NCBI GenBank assembly: GCA_030390025.1
Contig: CM059432.1
Span: forward strand, 6,076,001-6,140,000
Direction: 5' to 3'
Source of the DNA: Squalus acanthias
Lineage: Eukaryota
Length of the DNA stretch: 64,000 bases
Below, piece by piece: positions 39,234 through 53,390 of the stretch (position 1 is the first letter of the stretch; every line of letters starts with the position of its first letter). The position numbers and the translations under genes were made by a program. The notes beneath the pieces were generated by a model. The model ran no database searches. It was given only the letters and a program-made list of their open reading frames with translations, and was not told the origin of the DNA.

Positions 39234-41455
39234 CATAGAAACATAGAAGATAGGAGCAGGAGTAGGCCATTCGGCCCCTCGAACCTGCTCCGCCATTCAA
39301 TGTGATCATGGCTGATCATCCAAATTCAGTACCCTGTCCCTGCTTTCTCCCCATATCCCTTGATCCCCTTCGCCTTAAGAAATATATCTAACTCCTTCTT
39401 GAATATATTTAATGAATTGGATTCAACTGTCTTCTGTGGTAGAGAATTCCACAGGTTCACCACTCTCTGGGTAAAGAAATTCCTCCTCATCTCAGTCCTA
39501 AATGGCTTACCACTTATCCTTAGACTGTGACCCCTGGTTCTGGACTCCCCCGCCATCGGGAACATCCTTCCTGTATCTAGTCTGTCTAGTTCTGTTAGAA
39601 TTTTATAAGTTTCAATGAGAGCCCCTCTCATTCTTCTAAACTCTTGTGAATACAAGCCCAATCGACCCAATCTCTCTTCATACGTCATTCTTGCCATCCC
39701 AGGTATCAGTCTGGTGAATCTTCACTGCACTCTCTCCATGGCAAAAGCATCCTTCCTCAGATAAGGCAACCAAAACTGCACACACTACTCAAGGTGTGGT
39801 CTCACCAAGGCCCTGTACAACTGCAGCAAGACATCCTTGCTCCTGTACTCGAATCCTCTCGCTATGAAAGCCAACATACCATTTGCCTTCTTAACCGCCT
39901 GCTGCACCTGCATGCTTACCTTCAGCGACTGGTGCACAAGGACACCCAGGTCTCGTTACACTTCCCCTTTTCCCAATCTATTGCCGTTCAGATAATAATC
40001 TGCCTTCCTGTTTTTGCCACCAAAGTGGATAACCTCGCATTTATCCACATTATACTGCATTTGCCCAATCACCCAACCTGTCCAAATCATACTGGAGTTT
40101 CTCGGCATCCTCCTCACAGCACACACGCCCACCCAGCTTTGTGTCGTCTGCAAACTTGGAGATATTACATCTAGTTCCCTCGTCTAGATCATTAATATAT
40201 ATTGTGAATAACTGGGGTCCTAGCACCGATCCCTGTGGTACCCCACTAGTCACTGTCTGCCACTCGGAAAAAGACCCGTTTATTCCAACTCTTCGCTTCC
40301 TGTCTGCCAACCAGTTTTCTATCCAAGACAGTACCTTACCCCCAATCCCGTGTGCTTTAACTTTGCATGCTAATCTCTTATGCGGGACCTTATCGAAAGC
40401 CTTCTGAAAGTCCAAATACACCACATCCACTGGTTCTCCCTTATCTATTCTACCAGTTACATCCTCAAAAAATTCCAGTAGATTAGTCAAGCATGATTTA
40501 CCTTTTGTAAATCCATGTTGACTTTGTCCGATCCTGTCACTGTTTTCCAAGTGCTCTGCTATTACATCTTTTATAATGGATTCTAGTATTTTCCCCACTA
40601 CCGATGTCAGGCTTACCGGTCTATAATTCCCCCTTTTCTCTCTACCACCTTTTTTAAATAGTGGGGTTACATTAGCTACCCTCCAATCCATGGGAACTGT
40701 TCCAGTGTCTATAGAATTTTGGAAGATGACCAGCAATGCATCTACTATTTCTAGGGCCACTTCCTTAAGTACCCTAGGATGTAGATTACCAGGCCCTGGG
40801 GATTTATCGGCCTTCAATCCCATCAATTTCCCTAACACCATTTCCCTACAAATACTGATTTCATTCAGTTCCTCCCTCTCATTAGACCCTATGTTCCCCG
40901 ACATCTCTGGGAGGTTATTTGTGTCCTCCTTTGTGAAGACAGAACCAAAGTATGTATTTAATTGGTCTGCCATTTCTTTGTTCCCCATTATAAATTCCCC
41001 TGATTCTGACTGCAAGGGACCTACGCTTGACTTCACCAATCTTTTTCTCTTCACATATCTATAGAAGCTTTTACAATCAGTTTTTATGTTCCCTGCAAGC
41101 TTACTCTCATACTCTATTTTCCCCCTCTTAATTAATCCCTTTGTCCTCCTTTGCTGAATCCTAAACTGCTCCCAATCCTCAGGTTTGCTGCTTTTTCTGG
41201 CCAATTTATATGTCCTCTCCTTGGATCTTATGCTATCCCTAATTTCCCTTGTTAGCCACAGTTGAGTCACCTTTTTTGTTTTATTTTTATGCCAAACAGG
41301 GATGAACAAATTCTGTAGTTCATCCATGCGATCTTTAAATGTTTGCCACTGCCTATCCACCGTCAACACTTAAAGTAACGTTCCCCAATCCATCCTAGCC
41401 AACTCGCGCCTCATACCATCGTAGTTTCCTTTATTTAAATTCAGGACCCTAGTCT
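39234..41455 (-). mobile_element. CR1 LINE, same young subfamily as 1-2820
   Basis: ORF 40050..41369 is nearly identical in protein to ORF 518..1924. Same 3' UTR. Confidence 0.95.
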
Positions 41456-42704
41456 GGTGCAATTCACAGTTGGCAAACCCAAGTCTGACTAGCACCAAGA
41501 TGATGCAACAAGGTCCTACACAGATTAGGTTTTGACACACGCACAGATCTCGCTCCACTAGCGTTGCCAACTCTGGTTTGGCATATTCCTGGAGGTCTGG
41601 TCACGTGGTATTCAGTATTGCCCCATAGTTTTTAATGCAACCTTGACAAGTAGATGGCGCATACAGTTTGTAAATTTAATCTTTGTTTCTTATTTCAAAA
41701 CTCAGACATTGATAACATATGAGAGTAAATACTTCGGGTCTAGCACCTGAGACAATAAAATTGTCTTCCAAAATCAGACAAACAGTGTTGTCAGTTAATC
41801 AGGCTGTGCTATTTCAATGCTATGCTTAATTTATTTCCTGAAACTTAGAGCAGGATTAACATTCTTGGCCATTTTTTTTTTAATAGTTAAATGGCCATCA
41901 AACCATTTGAGAAGTGCAAAATGAGTGTTATTGCAGTTGAGTCCTGATTTCTGCCAGCAAGACTGAAGAAATCCTCTTGTAGACCAAACTCGCCCAGCAG
42001 AAACTGAAGTTAGCATTTGTATGCGTTATCATATAAATAAAAGTGGAAAGATAACATCCCCATTTCTAAAAGTGGAAAACATGTCAGTGAAATTTCAAGA
42101 GCTGGGCTTTCAAAGATTTTGGGGGTTTTCTCTCCAACATCAGCCTCTCAGAGTCAGTCACTGTGGGTTCAAGAAAAAGACCGTCAGCTATTCAGATATC
42201 ACAGCACCAAGAACAACTGTCTTACCTTTCCTAAATGCCCATTGAAGCCATTAGCAGTCTTTTCTAAGAGTAAATTTAAATGCTTCTCTAAGTTTGAAAT
42301 TCTCTTTCTTGATATACATTTTCCTTCGATATTATATTGTAACAATATTCACTGCATTTTTTGACATGCAAGGTTTAACTGGCAACTTATTCTCTGTCAA
42401 CAGAGGGGCTGTTGAGTGAAGAAAAATAACTCACTAAATTCACCAGACATACATACATAGTTGTGTAGTGTGAAGTCTGAGTGTGATAAATAAGACTAAC
42501 TATGCTTTATCCACCATAATTGTAAAAAGATTACCAGAGTATGTTGCATTTTAGTCAATACGGGTTGTTGCATATTTCGTGAAGTTGTCAGTGTGATCAA
42601 TAAATTACTTGCTGCACTGGTGAAATGCTTGTTTCTTCCACATACAAAGGATCGCATCTGTGGCTATGCGCCAAATGGTTAGGGTGAATTCTGGGTCGCA
42701 GTAC

Positions 42705-42852
42705 AAGGCCAGCATTTATTACCGACCCTTAGTTTAATGTAACAGGGGCTTGCGAGGCCATTTCACTGGGCAGATAAGAGTCAACCACATTGGTGGAGTC
42801 ATATAGGCCTCACTGGGCAAGGATGGCAGGTTCCTTCCCTAAAGGACATTAG
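42705..42852 (-). mobile_element. SINE fragment sharing its 3' tail with the 14669-17300 LINE
   Basis: ggccagcatttatt tail plus gagtcaaccacatt...ccttccctaaaggacattag. A related degenerate copy lies at 44245-44470 (+). Confidence 0.5.
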
Positions 42853-43059
42853 GAATGAAAAAAATAGAAAGCATCCTAGACATCTCCTAAGCATTAATTA
42901 ATATTATTCTGGGTAAGAGCCAAAAGGTGTTTCTACTCAGCGAGCTGCCCAGTACCTCTTCAGTGGGATCTGCGATAGTACAGTACTGGTTTCATTAAAA
43001 TTCTAACCGACCAAGCAGCAGAACCTATAACATGTTTCAGAGATATAGACAAATGTACA

Positions 43060-44140
43060 GACAACATAAGGAGGACCACTAGGTTCATACCTAGTTTAAA
43101 AGCCTTCAGTTAGCATGATAGACTTAGGAAGCTGGGGCTTTTTTTAAATTCTATTAGAGTGTAGGCTTCAAAAAGATTTGATTTATGTCTTTAAAGTAAT
43201 TAAAAGATTTGACTCAATCCATATGGACAGGCTATTAAAGCTGGACAGGTTAGGGAAGACCAGGGTGCACAAGTATAAGTTACGCAAGCATAGAACACTA
43301 GGTCCGATATTAGGAGGTACTTCTTTTCACAAAGAGTTATTGACCTGTGGAACAAGTTGCCAGCACGTGTGGGTTCACTGCCAGAATTTAAATTGGAGCT
43401 AGATGTGTTCCTGGGTGCGGCCAACATAACCTCATGTAGAAGGTACGTGGATGTGTCTCCTAGTCACTGTAGTGTGGAACCTGTTTGATCGCCTTCGGGG
43501 AGGTTCAGACATGAGATTCCCCCAGTTTTTTTCCCGCTAAAAATTGGCCTACGTTTTTTTTTGCCTCCCCCAGGAGATTGCATAGCTGGTGGGCGGGGTG
43601 GACAGATGGGGTTGATCATGTGTCGAAGTCATACCATGACAGCATAGACAGGCGCGATGGACCAGCTGTTTTTTTTTCCTGTCCTTCATTTTCATATGTT
43701 CATAACCTTGACTAAGAAGGCTTTGGCTCAAGCCCAATTCCAGGACTGGAACTAATCTAAGCTGACAGAATGCAGTACAGTATTGAGGAAGTGCTGCGTT
43801 CTCAAAGGTCCGGAGGCCTTATCTGCCTGGTTCAGGTGGCTATTAAAGATCTCCTGGCATATTTAACAGCAAGGATTCCTCAGCCAACACTACAAGAACT
43901 TATTAACTCGTCATTCCTCTCATTGTCTGTGGGACTTTACTCCTCATAAAATGGATGCTGCATTTGCCTACATGTATTTTACTTGGATATGCACTTGAAG
44001 TGCCGTAACCTACAAGGCTACGGACCAAGAGCTGGAAAATGGAATTAGGCTGGCTAGCCCTTTTTTGGCTGGCAAAGGCATGATAGTCCGAATGGCTTCC
44101 TTCTGTGCCATAAATTTCTATTATTGTATGATTCTATGAT
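43060..44140 (+). mobile_element. Cluster of old CR1 3' fragments and a degenerate DeuSINE (43740-43990)
   Basis: DLIYVFKVIK...KTRVHKYKL remnant, SINE core motifs, gaatggcttccttctgtg...attctatg tail. Confidence 0.55.
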
Positions 44141-44879
44141 ATAAGTCACTGTGCTTCAAACTAATTGATTGTGTGAAGTGCTTTAACATCTTATATAAAG
44201 GCAAGTCTTTCTTATTTGTACATTTTGAAATCAACATTTTCTTTGCAGGAGGTACTTTAGACTACTGGTTACAGCACTGGATGAACAAAACTAGAGGTCA
44301 CAAGTTCAAATCCTGCCATGGCAAATTGTAAAACTGATTTAAATAAAAGAAATCTGCTCATTATCATAAAAACCCAACTGATTCTTCAGTACATTCTTCA
44401 AGGAAGGGGACCTACCACCCCAATATGTGACTACAGTCCCACACCCTGTGGTTGACTCCTATTGCTCTCTCCAACTTCTAACCAACAGCACTTGCAAAAT
44501 TGTATCAATACAAGTTAATTACAAGTTCTTTTCATCAGTTTTTAAATTGCTTACATACAGAGACTGCAGTTAAAAGGGATAGCCACTTAATCAGAACTGG
44601 ACAATGAATGCAGAATTTTTTCCACAAATGTGTACAGAGTATTCAGCATCATTTGTATGGAATAATTTGCACATCAATCATATTAAATTTTTTTGGAGAT
44701 TTTCATATTTGTTTGAGTGCCAGTTTGTATGGTGGTGGAAGACTATGTTCTTTTATGTTAGTGAGTGTCCGAACATCATTGTTTCATGAGGAGGAGGTTG
44801 GGACAGTGTTCAAGTGGAAAACTAATTCGAAAAAGATGGGATCATCTAACTTTCCACTACCTCTCTCGACCCCTCCACT

Positions 44880-45180
44880 GCCTCTGTGTTATCAGACTGC
44901 TTATCCTGAACATCAACTCATGGCTGAACTGTAATTTCCTCCAGCTAAACATTGGGAGATCAAAGCCATCGTCTGCAGCCCCCACCACAAACTTTGTACT
45001 CTTCCCACTGATACCATCCTCCTTCCCGGCCACTGTCTCATGCTCAAACAGACTTTTTGCAATCTCGGCATTTTATTCAACCAAGCCAAGTTTCCAACAC
45101 CATATACCCTTCCATCACAAAGACTGCTTACTTCCAACTCATTAAGAACGTCTGCTCCTTCTCAGCCCACTGCTGCTGAA
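44880..45180 (+). mobile_element. L2 RT fragment
   Basis: NFLQLNIG...NLGILF remnant. Confidence 0.55.
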
Positions 45181-45324
45181 ACCTACCACCATGCTCCCAA
45201 AGAGATTCTGAAACCAGCACAACAGCAGCTCAGAATGATCCTACTTTTGTTTTTTTCCTCCCTGTGGGGAAGTGCTCAAAGTCTCTCTATTAATACAAAA
45301 ATAGGTTGTAAACTCAGCATGTAC

Positions 45325-45540
45325 AAGAAAGAAAGACTTGTATTTCTATATCGCCTTTCACGACCACCGGACGTCTCAAAGTGCTTTACAGCCAATTAAG
45401 TACTTTTGGAGTGTAGTCACTGTTGTAATGTGGGAAACGCAGCAGCCAATTGTGCACAGCAAGCTCCCACAAACAGCTATGTGATAATGACGAGATAATC
45501 TGTTTTTGTTATGTTGAAAGAAGGATAAATATTGGCCAGG
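45325..45540 (-). mobile_element. DeuSINE 3' half, followed by a G22 run (45544-45565)
   Basis: Reverse complement of the SINE tail seen at 3360-3570. Confidence 0.78.
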
Positions 45541-45873
45541 AAAGGGGGGGGGGGGGGGGGGGGGGAGTACAAGCCGCTCTAATGGCATATCATGCTGAAA
45601 GTCAAATAGTCAAATGCACTAGATCCCAAAGGGATGGGAAGTTTTTCAATATGTACCTTGAGCACATCAGCACAACTGTAAGATCCAATGAATTATACAC
45701 GCATATTTCTTTAATGGAAATTACATTTTCGATGCTAGAAATACTAAAATACAGATTTACTACCTTAGAATTTTTTTCAGGTCGGCATGTTATCAGCTGA
45801 AGCAAAATTTAAAGAGGCAGGGAGTTTTCGCCATTGGGTAACCAACGGCACATTGTGACAAGCTGTAAATTAA

Positions 45874-46590
45874 TGGTCCAGAATTTGCCATTATTAAAGC
45901 GTAAAAAAAAAGCAATTTGTGGCAAGGAAGAGATACACTGTGAGTTGCAAATCGGCACAAGTTGCTGGATGATTTGTGCCACTCCACCATTAGCCTCGCA
46001 AAAATGGGATTTCGCCGCGAACGTCCCCATGAGCGTCAAGAAATTGCTGCATTTGCGGTGTAAATATGAAGTGAAACTCACCGCAGATATTTAGGGCTGC
46101 TATTTCATGGCGCGAGGACTCCGTTAATAATGCGATTTATGGTCCTGACATGCCACTTTGGAAGCCCAGAAAGGGAACAATTGAAACTGTGAAGTCTCAC
46201 TCCTGCAGGTAGCAAACTGTTACCAGAGGTTTTTTTTAAAATTTTAAATGTTTTTCTTACTTTTCCTTTCTGTCTCTTATTTGCTCTCTCTTAATCCAAT
46301 CTTTCTTTCCCTCTCTTTCTATATCAAATTTGACTCTAATTCACCCTATCGCCTTCTCTGCCGTTCACTCAGTTTCTTTCTCAATCCTTAAATTTTATTA
46401 GTTAAAGAGATAGACTGTTGGTCCAGTCGTTCACCAAGGTACCAGATGCCCTGTTGACCTCGCCACGCTGTTGTTAATTTGCACTTCCAGCAATTTGCAG
46501 CGCAAAAATAACTGGAGCTGAGGGGCAAGGAAGAAAATCCAACTCACAGCGCATGCAGCGAGATGCCCCACTCCAGCAAATACTCAGCCA
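45874..46590. mobile_element. Possible degenerate MITE
   Basis: Weak inverted termini ggtccagaatttgcc / gcaaatactcagcc. CpG-rich subtermini around an AT/pyrimidine core, like 35679-36421. Confidence 0.35.
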
Positions 46591-46614
46591 ATATTTATTT
46601 ATTTTTTTTAAATT

Positions 46615-46932
46615 TGTTTATGGGATCAGGGCATCGCTGGCAATGCCAGCATTTATTGCCCATCCCTAGTTGCCCTCGAGAAGGTGGTGGTGAGCCGCCT
46701 TCTTGAACCGCTGCAGTCCATGTGGTGATGGTACTCCCACAGTGCTGTTAGGTAGGGAGTTCCAGGATTTTGACCCAGCGACGATGAAGAATCGGCAATA
46801 TACTTCTAAGTCAGGATGGTGTGTGACTTGGAGGGGATCTTGGAGGTGGTGGTGTTCCCATGCGCCTGCTGCCCTTGTCCTTCTAGGTGGAAGAGGTCGC
46901 GGGTTTGGGAGGTGCTGCCGAAGAAGCCTTGG
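46615..46932 (-). mobile_element. 3' fragment of the second CR1-group LINE family
   Basis: Matches 17025-17300 (RQHLPNPRPLPPRR...HHHLL). Confidence 0.88.
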
Positions 46933-48159
46933 CTTATATCTTGATATTAACCAACAAGTTGTTCTCTGTTCTAACAGATAAACTTTTTTTGTTGTGGATT
47001 TATTAAAATAAAAGACATTAAAAGGGTAGATGTTATGAATTAGCACTCCCAGGACAGTTTCACACAATGGGAGCACACATCAGGAATTCTGACAGAGATC
47101 AGCACAGACTGCATGATTTTCCATTAATTAATTTGGACAAGAAATCTCGAGGGGCATCCTGACCAACTCACCTGAATTCCTGATGTATACTCTGATCACG
47201 TAAAGCTCTGTGCCAGGATAGCCAATTTGGAAAATGTACCCCTAAATTTACTGGTGTGTAGCTGGTTTATTGAAGAAGGTCTTTGTGATGGACATGTAAA
47301 GGATTAAATTTACTGGTCTTTCCCATTTTATAAACTTAATTTTCTTAGAGTTTAGGTATATAGGAACATTTCATAAATGGTTTCCCTTTTTTGTAAGTTA
47401 TGAGGTTTTTTTAAAGGTAACCTTTCCATGTTTGCTAAGGTCATCCCTTGGCATGATTTGATACCACATTTTTCCATAACTGAAACACCATATGCTGCTT
47501 TGAAAACTGCAATTATGGCATTGGCTCCAGGCACGAACCCAACACCAAAAAATCAGTATAGGATGAATAAATGTGCTCAGGTGTTGAAATCTGTGCCAGT
47601 CTTCCACCTATAACAATGCAAATCAGCTGCAATATACAGGCAGCTAGTCCAAAGCCTGCCCAAACATGATGTAATAAAGGTTCAAACACAGATGCTATTA
47701 CATGGCCTACATTACTGACTGAAAGAAGAGCTTAATATCACATCAGCTTTTTTTCCTTCCCCACTCCCCCGCCATTATCATAAACCACACTAACAATTAA
47801 AGACCAATCAACAGTTCTCCCTTCCCAACTTTACAATGAGAGTAAACATTGTAAATCTCCATGCTCACATCACCCTCAAAAACAAATTTACACCATTTTG
47901 TTTTATACAACAGGAATATTCGTTTTTTTGAGCTCAACAATAAAGATTTTAAAAAAGAAATAAAGCATCCTGAATATACTCATCTTCTGTCACTGTATAC
48001 TAGATTTGATCAACCCACAGCTCTCAGGCCACATGTGGATCTTCTGCTCCTTAAGTGTGGCTCTTTTCCCCCTGTATTCAAATTGCCAGTGGTTCAGCTT
48101 CCCATCTCAGATTAGCTGAACTGATTAAATTCCGACCTACCTACCAAGGTGTCATTGTC

Positions 48160-48580
48160 ATCTCAGAGTCAGAAGGTTCTGGGTTCAAGCCTCACTCCAG
48201 AGACCTGAGCATATAATCTCGGCTGACACTTCAGTGCAGTACTCGGAGTGCTGCACTGTTGGAGGTGGCATCTTTCGGATGAGACATTAAACCGAAGCCC
48301 TGTCTACCCGCAGATGAACGTAAATAATCCCAGAGCATAATGCGAATAAGAGCAAAGGAGTTCTCCCGGTTTCCTCGCCAACATTCATCCCTCAACCATC
48401 ATCACTGAAACAAATCATCTGGTCATTTATCGCATTGTTGTTTGTGGGAGCTTGTTGTGCGCAAATTGGCTGCTGCATTACAACAGTGACTACACTTCAA
48501 AAGTACTTCACTGGCTGTAAAGTGTTTTGCGACTTCTTGAGGATCTGAGAGGTGCTATAAAAAACAAAAGTTCCTTCTTT
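48160..48580 (+). mobile_element. DeuSINE
   Basis: Head ctcagagtcagaaggttctgggttcaagc, core ctttcggatgagacattaaaccga, L2-type tail. Confidence 0.8.
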
Positions 48581-50076
48581 CATTACTGCGAGCTGTTGTT
48601 GATTATAGCAGTTGCATGTGCAACTCTGAGAAATGGTAGCAGGAAGTGCTTTCAAGGGATGTGTGGTGAAGAGCAAATTGGAGCAGAAGGGAGGGTGGTC
48701 CAACAGAAACAAACTGGTGAGTCAGACATACATAGTAAAAATAAAATTTTGTGCTGAATATTATGAAGGGAAAGGACATTTTTAACATCAACAATTTGAA
48801 TAATCAGATCTGAACCTCAAGGAAGATTGTAAACAGAAAGAAGATTTTTGTGTATTTCAACTGCAAAGCCCTGGCTGTGCCACACACGTGTTAGAAATGA
48901 AAACTTATTTTTTGAAAGTACTAATTTTCCTAACTGCATGGAGATTCTCATGTAGTCACCCTCCATGCTAGGCCACTCTAGTAACATGAATTATGGGGTG
49001 TTCTATTGCATACAGCGGGGGCATTAAACCAACCTGAAGGCCACTTCAGAGCTAGTTGTACCTCGGAAACCGTGCTACACGCTAGATTTATTTAAGCCAC
49101 TTTGACCTTGCTGAAGGGCTCACTATTTCAGACTGGGCCCGTTTCCTATGAAATCAGGTGACGATTCTGATAAAGTCACACAATGGAGCCCTATGTAAGT
49201 GATCCTCGGACACAAGGTTTACGATGCATTTTAAATCCACTTCAGTGTCAAATTAAGCCCACCGTTTCACCTTAAGTGAGAGTGACTCATAATTCACGTA
49301 ACTTTAATATCAGTACTTCTCGCATTCAGAATTACATTTTTGACATTTTTCAACTTTGTGCAAAAAGAACCATTTCATCTATAAACTTACTTATGGCATA
49401 AAAATCCTGTTTGCCTTAACAAAACAATTAAATTGATGAGTTACATCAATAAAATCCACTTCAAAAGACAACTTGGTATTTAAACGTACAACATATGTGC
49501 TCTGAGGCTATTTAGGTGCTTCTGACATTTAAAAGATAGCCTTGAATTTACTTGGATTGAGCCAGTGTTTGTGTATACACCATCAGTGTAGTCTATAGAA
49601 CATAATGATCACACAGAGTAGTAGAAACATGGAGAAATAAACAATACCATGCAGTGGGCTTCATGTGAACTGGTATCCATTCTTTGACAATTTATTGTCA
49701 TATCCCTCTAAAAACAAACATGGTGCAAAGACCATTTCATTTATTAGTGGCAGTATGCTTACATAGCAGAAGGTCACAGTTATAGCTGTTTACTGAAAAT
49801 CTGCTACAACAGCCGAAATCTAATCCCATAGGATAGCTCAAAAATGTTATTCATTCACACATTCTAATTATCAAGACAGATGTCATTTACAAATACCATA
49901 TGATTACATAAGGCTCAAGAATATTTTTTTTTAAAAGCCTTTTAAAATGTATAGACAGAACATTTAATGTAAATATTAAATAGGAAATTAGATTTTTGGA
50001 ATGTAGATAAATTTACACCAGGAATTATTATGGTGTCATCAGGTTTTTATGAAAGCTTCAAACATGTAAAATACAG

Positions 50077-50344
50077 AAATCAAATAGGGAATTCAGAAAA
50101 AACTTCTTTACCTAGAGAGTGGTGAGAATGTGGAACTCGCTACCACAGGGAGTGGTTGAAGCGAATAGTATAGATGCATTTATGAGGAGGCTAGATAAGC
50201 ATATGAGGGAGAAGGGAATTGTTCGTTATGCTGATGGGAGTTAGATGAGGAAAGATGGGAGGAGCCTCGAGTGGAGCATAAACATGGACAGGTTGGGCTG
50301 AATGGCCTGTTTCTGTGCTGTATATGCTATGTAATCCTATGTAA
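50077..50344 (+). mobile_element. CR1 3' fragment (third family)
   Basis: NFFT.RVVRMWNSLP plus 3' UTR. Near-copy at 59262-59626. Confidence 0.82.
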
Positions 50345-53204
50345 TTTATACAAAAGAATGATGTCCCATTGGGCTGCTTGCAGATAACGAAGTACAGGGG
50401 GTTTAGTACTCGGGTTTGAAGCATACTTATTTGTACTTCTTGCATGAACCATCCAGATCACACTATATCTGTGCCACAGTCATGCAAGAATTGAAAGCAC
50501 CAATAACATAATTTGCAAGTCATCACACTGGCATCCTGTGTTGCCTACAAGGAGGTGCAGAAAGGTCAAATGCTTCCATCGGTGTGAAACCAGGTTCTCA
50601 CTTGTACTGGACTGAAACCGGTGGTTGAATGGTGTGTGGGTGGGGAAGTTAGTGTTATGCTGCCAAGATAATTCTGGAATGGAACTCATTCACTTTATCA
50701 GGACCTTGTGCCAGTATGAAACAAGATTATAAGTCCTCACAGCAAATTTATCAAAAAAAATTCAGTTCCAGTTTTTACAACCAGTTTAATTCAGGTTCCA
50801 AATTTAAACATTTGATTTGTAATATAAAATATTTTTTTTTAATTGGGAAAACTACTTAAAAATCCAGGAATGGAAAGTTTCCCACTTACAGTCTGTAAAT
50901 TATTTAACAAAATCACAAACATTACAGAGATGTACTTCTTCACTATTTGAAATGGGATGGAAAGGCATCTAACTGCGTTTACAAAATACTATTTAATCGA
51001 GTTAACCGAAAAATATCTAACACAGCAAAGCTTCAAAATACAGGATGATGTTAATCATTGGTAATCAGATAGTCGCTTCACATCACTATGATCACAAGTT
51101 CAAATCCCCAGGACAGGCTGACATTTAAGCACCAAGTCTGCTTTGTGCAATTCGAAGAACCTAGCTTGCCACTAGTATCTACTGCTGCTATCTCCTGCCC
51201 CAACATCAGCAATTTCATCCCAAAATAATAACCACTCCTGCAGGCCAAAGATTGGAAATACACTTTTTAAAAAATCTTAGGCACTTCTCATAACTGAATA
51301 GAAATTCTACTTCACGGACAATAAAATAAATTATTGAACAACAATTACCAAAGTAACTAGATAAGCTTTGCCAAATCAGTGTCTAATTGCAGAAACAATT
51401 CCAATATAGCATCCAAATATTTTTTTCCTAATCTAAAACCAGTATGGATTCATAATTTATTTTCTTCTATTAGTGTCCAACGTTTCCATTTCCATCCCCT
51501 CCCCACCCGCCTCCCTCTCCTCCTGACAGATTCTGTGATTTTTGCTCTCAGAACAGCAGCATTAACTCAACACAGCTGCTTTCAAACAGTTTCATGTTGG
51601 AGTTTATTTGTTTTTAGTCCTTTGTAAAACATGAGGATAATTTTTTTCCTCCATTTTTCTCTCTACGGGACACTGGACCAGAACTGTCCAAACTAATTTC
51701 AACAGCCATCAGAGAGATTATACCCACACTTTGCCTATCTGGCCTGGATTTGAATGAAGGCTATAAGTTCTAAATTCATCCAAGTGTTTTTTGTGATCAT
51801 TTTGCTACAAACTGTACTGATCCATGCATTTCCGAATAAATAAACCATTTACCAAAAAGAAGGCCAACACAAGGTTTTACTTTTAAAATTGTAAAGTAAA
51901 TACCAACTGTGTGTTGTAAGAAATATTAACACCCATTGTGTTAATAGAAAAAAATGGAGCATGCAAAACAAAGGATCCAATGCATGTCAGACCAGCATTC
52001 CAAGATCCAGAGGTAAATTTATGGGAATTAAGCTGTTACTACAAAAGAAAATCTATGTGAGAGTATACCAAAAATACAGTTGTCTTACTAATAAGTGTCC
52101 ATCTCTAATTTTTTCAGTCAAAGCATTAAAACTACTGAAACACTGCAATAACCAGAAATGAAGGCAAAACTTCATTTGTGAAGTTACAAAAGCACCAGGA
52201 CAATGTACAAGTCTACGTTAGTCAGCTGTCCGAGGAATATTATACGTTAAGTGATCAAGAGCACGTGAGGAATCCATTTTGTATTAAGCCCCAAGGTTAA
52301 ATGCCTGCAGCACTGTGCTGACAGTGGCAGTCTTCACGGGGGTCACAAACAGCCTGATCTTGAGGTTAACCACCACATTGATTATATTCAATTCTGAACT
52401 TCCTCACAAATTCATGAATGCTTAAGAGATTAACTTATCTGTAGTATAGCCAGAATAGGGTACATTCTATGCTTTACTTACCCTTAACGCTAGCAGTTTC
52501 CATTAGCCTGTGGGACCACAGCTAAAACTTCTTGATAAAAACTGGTCCAAGCTGGTGTAGAGTGTTTAAAGGTAATGGAACGTATGTGAAGTAATATAAT
52601 TACTAAAATATAAAAAGGACGAGATTGTAATGCAAATTTAGAAGTTAAAACAGAAGGAAGAGGTCTAGAAACTTGAGCTCAATGACTATTGTGTAATCTT
52701 CTACAGCAAAGCATTGACGGGTGTTATCTGTGAACATGTTCAGTTAACCCTTAAAAAGCTTGTAAAGGTTTGACCCCCCTACGTCAAGAACCCTCATTTC
52801 TGGTACATAGTCAAGGTCGCAGCCACTGTCCACTTACATCTTGGCACTTCAGGTAGGACGTGAATTCTTATGCACGACAAATTAAAAGGAGTAAAGGCTT
52901 TGTCGGTACTCCCAGCATTGCAGTTTATTTTATTTTGTTTTGAAATAGTGTGAAATGGCCAAATGAAATGTAGTGTTGATCGTTTTTTTCCTCTCACTCA
53001 TTGGCTTTTGAGGAAAGTAGATATATATATATATATATATGGTTGATGAACTTTTCAATTGTTAGCTACCATGGTAGGGAAACCTATTAACCATGCCCTC
53101 AGTGTAGCCATGCTAACTCAACTGTTCCACAACAGACTAAAATGTAAAAAAAGAGAATTAGGACCCAACGTCCAGCAGTCTCACAACATGGATAATGTTA
53201 TTAA

Positions 53205-53390
53205 AGAAAGAAAGACTTGCATTTATATAGCGCCTTTCACAACCTCAGGACGTCCCAAAGTGCTTTACAGCCATTGAAGTACTTTTTGAAGTGTAGTCAC
53301 TGATGTAATGTGGGAAACACGGCAGCCAATTGTGCACAGCAAGCTCCCACAAACAGCAATATGATAATGACTAGATAATCTGTTTTTGTT
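53205..53390 (-). mobile_element. DeuSINE 3' fragment
   Basis: Nearly the same as 45325-45510. Confidence 0.8.

Noticed and set aside
41557..41610. hAT-like terminus (tagcgttgcca)
   Set aside because: No partner TIR or 8-bp TSD found.
45544..45565. G22 run as a functional G-quadruplex
   Set aside because: Homopolymer at a truncated SINE junction; length unreliable and no supporting context.
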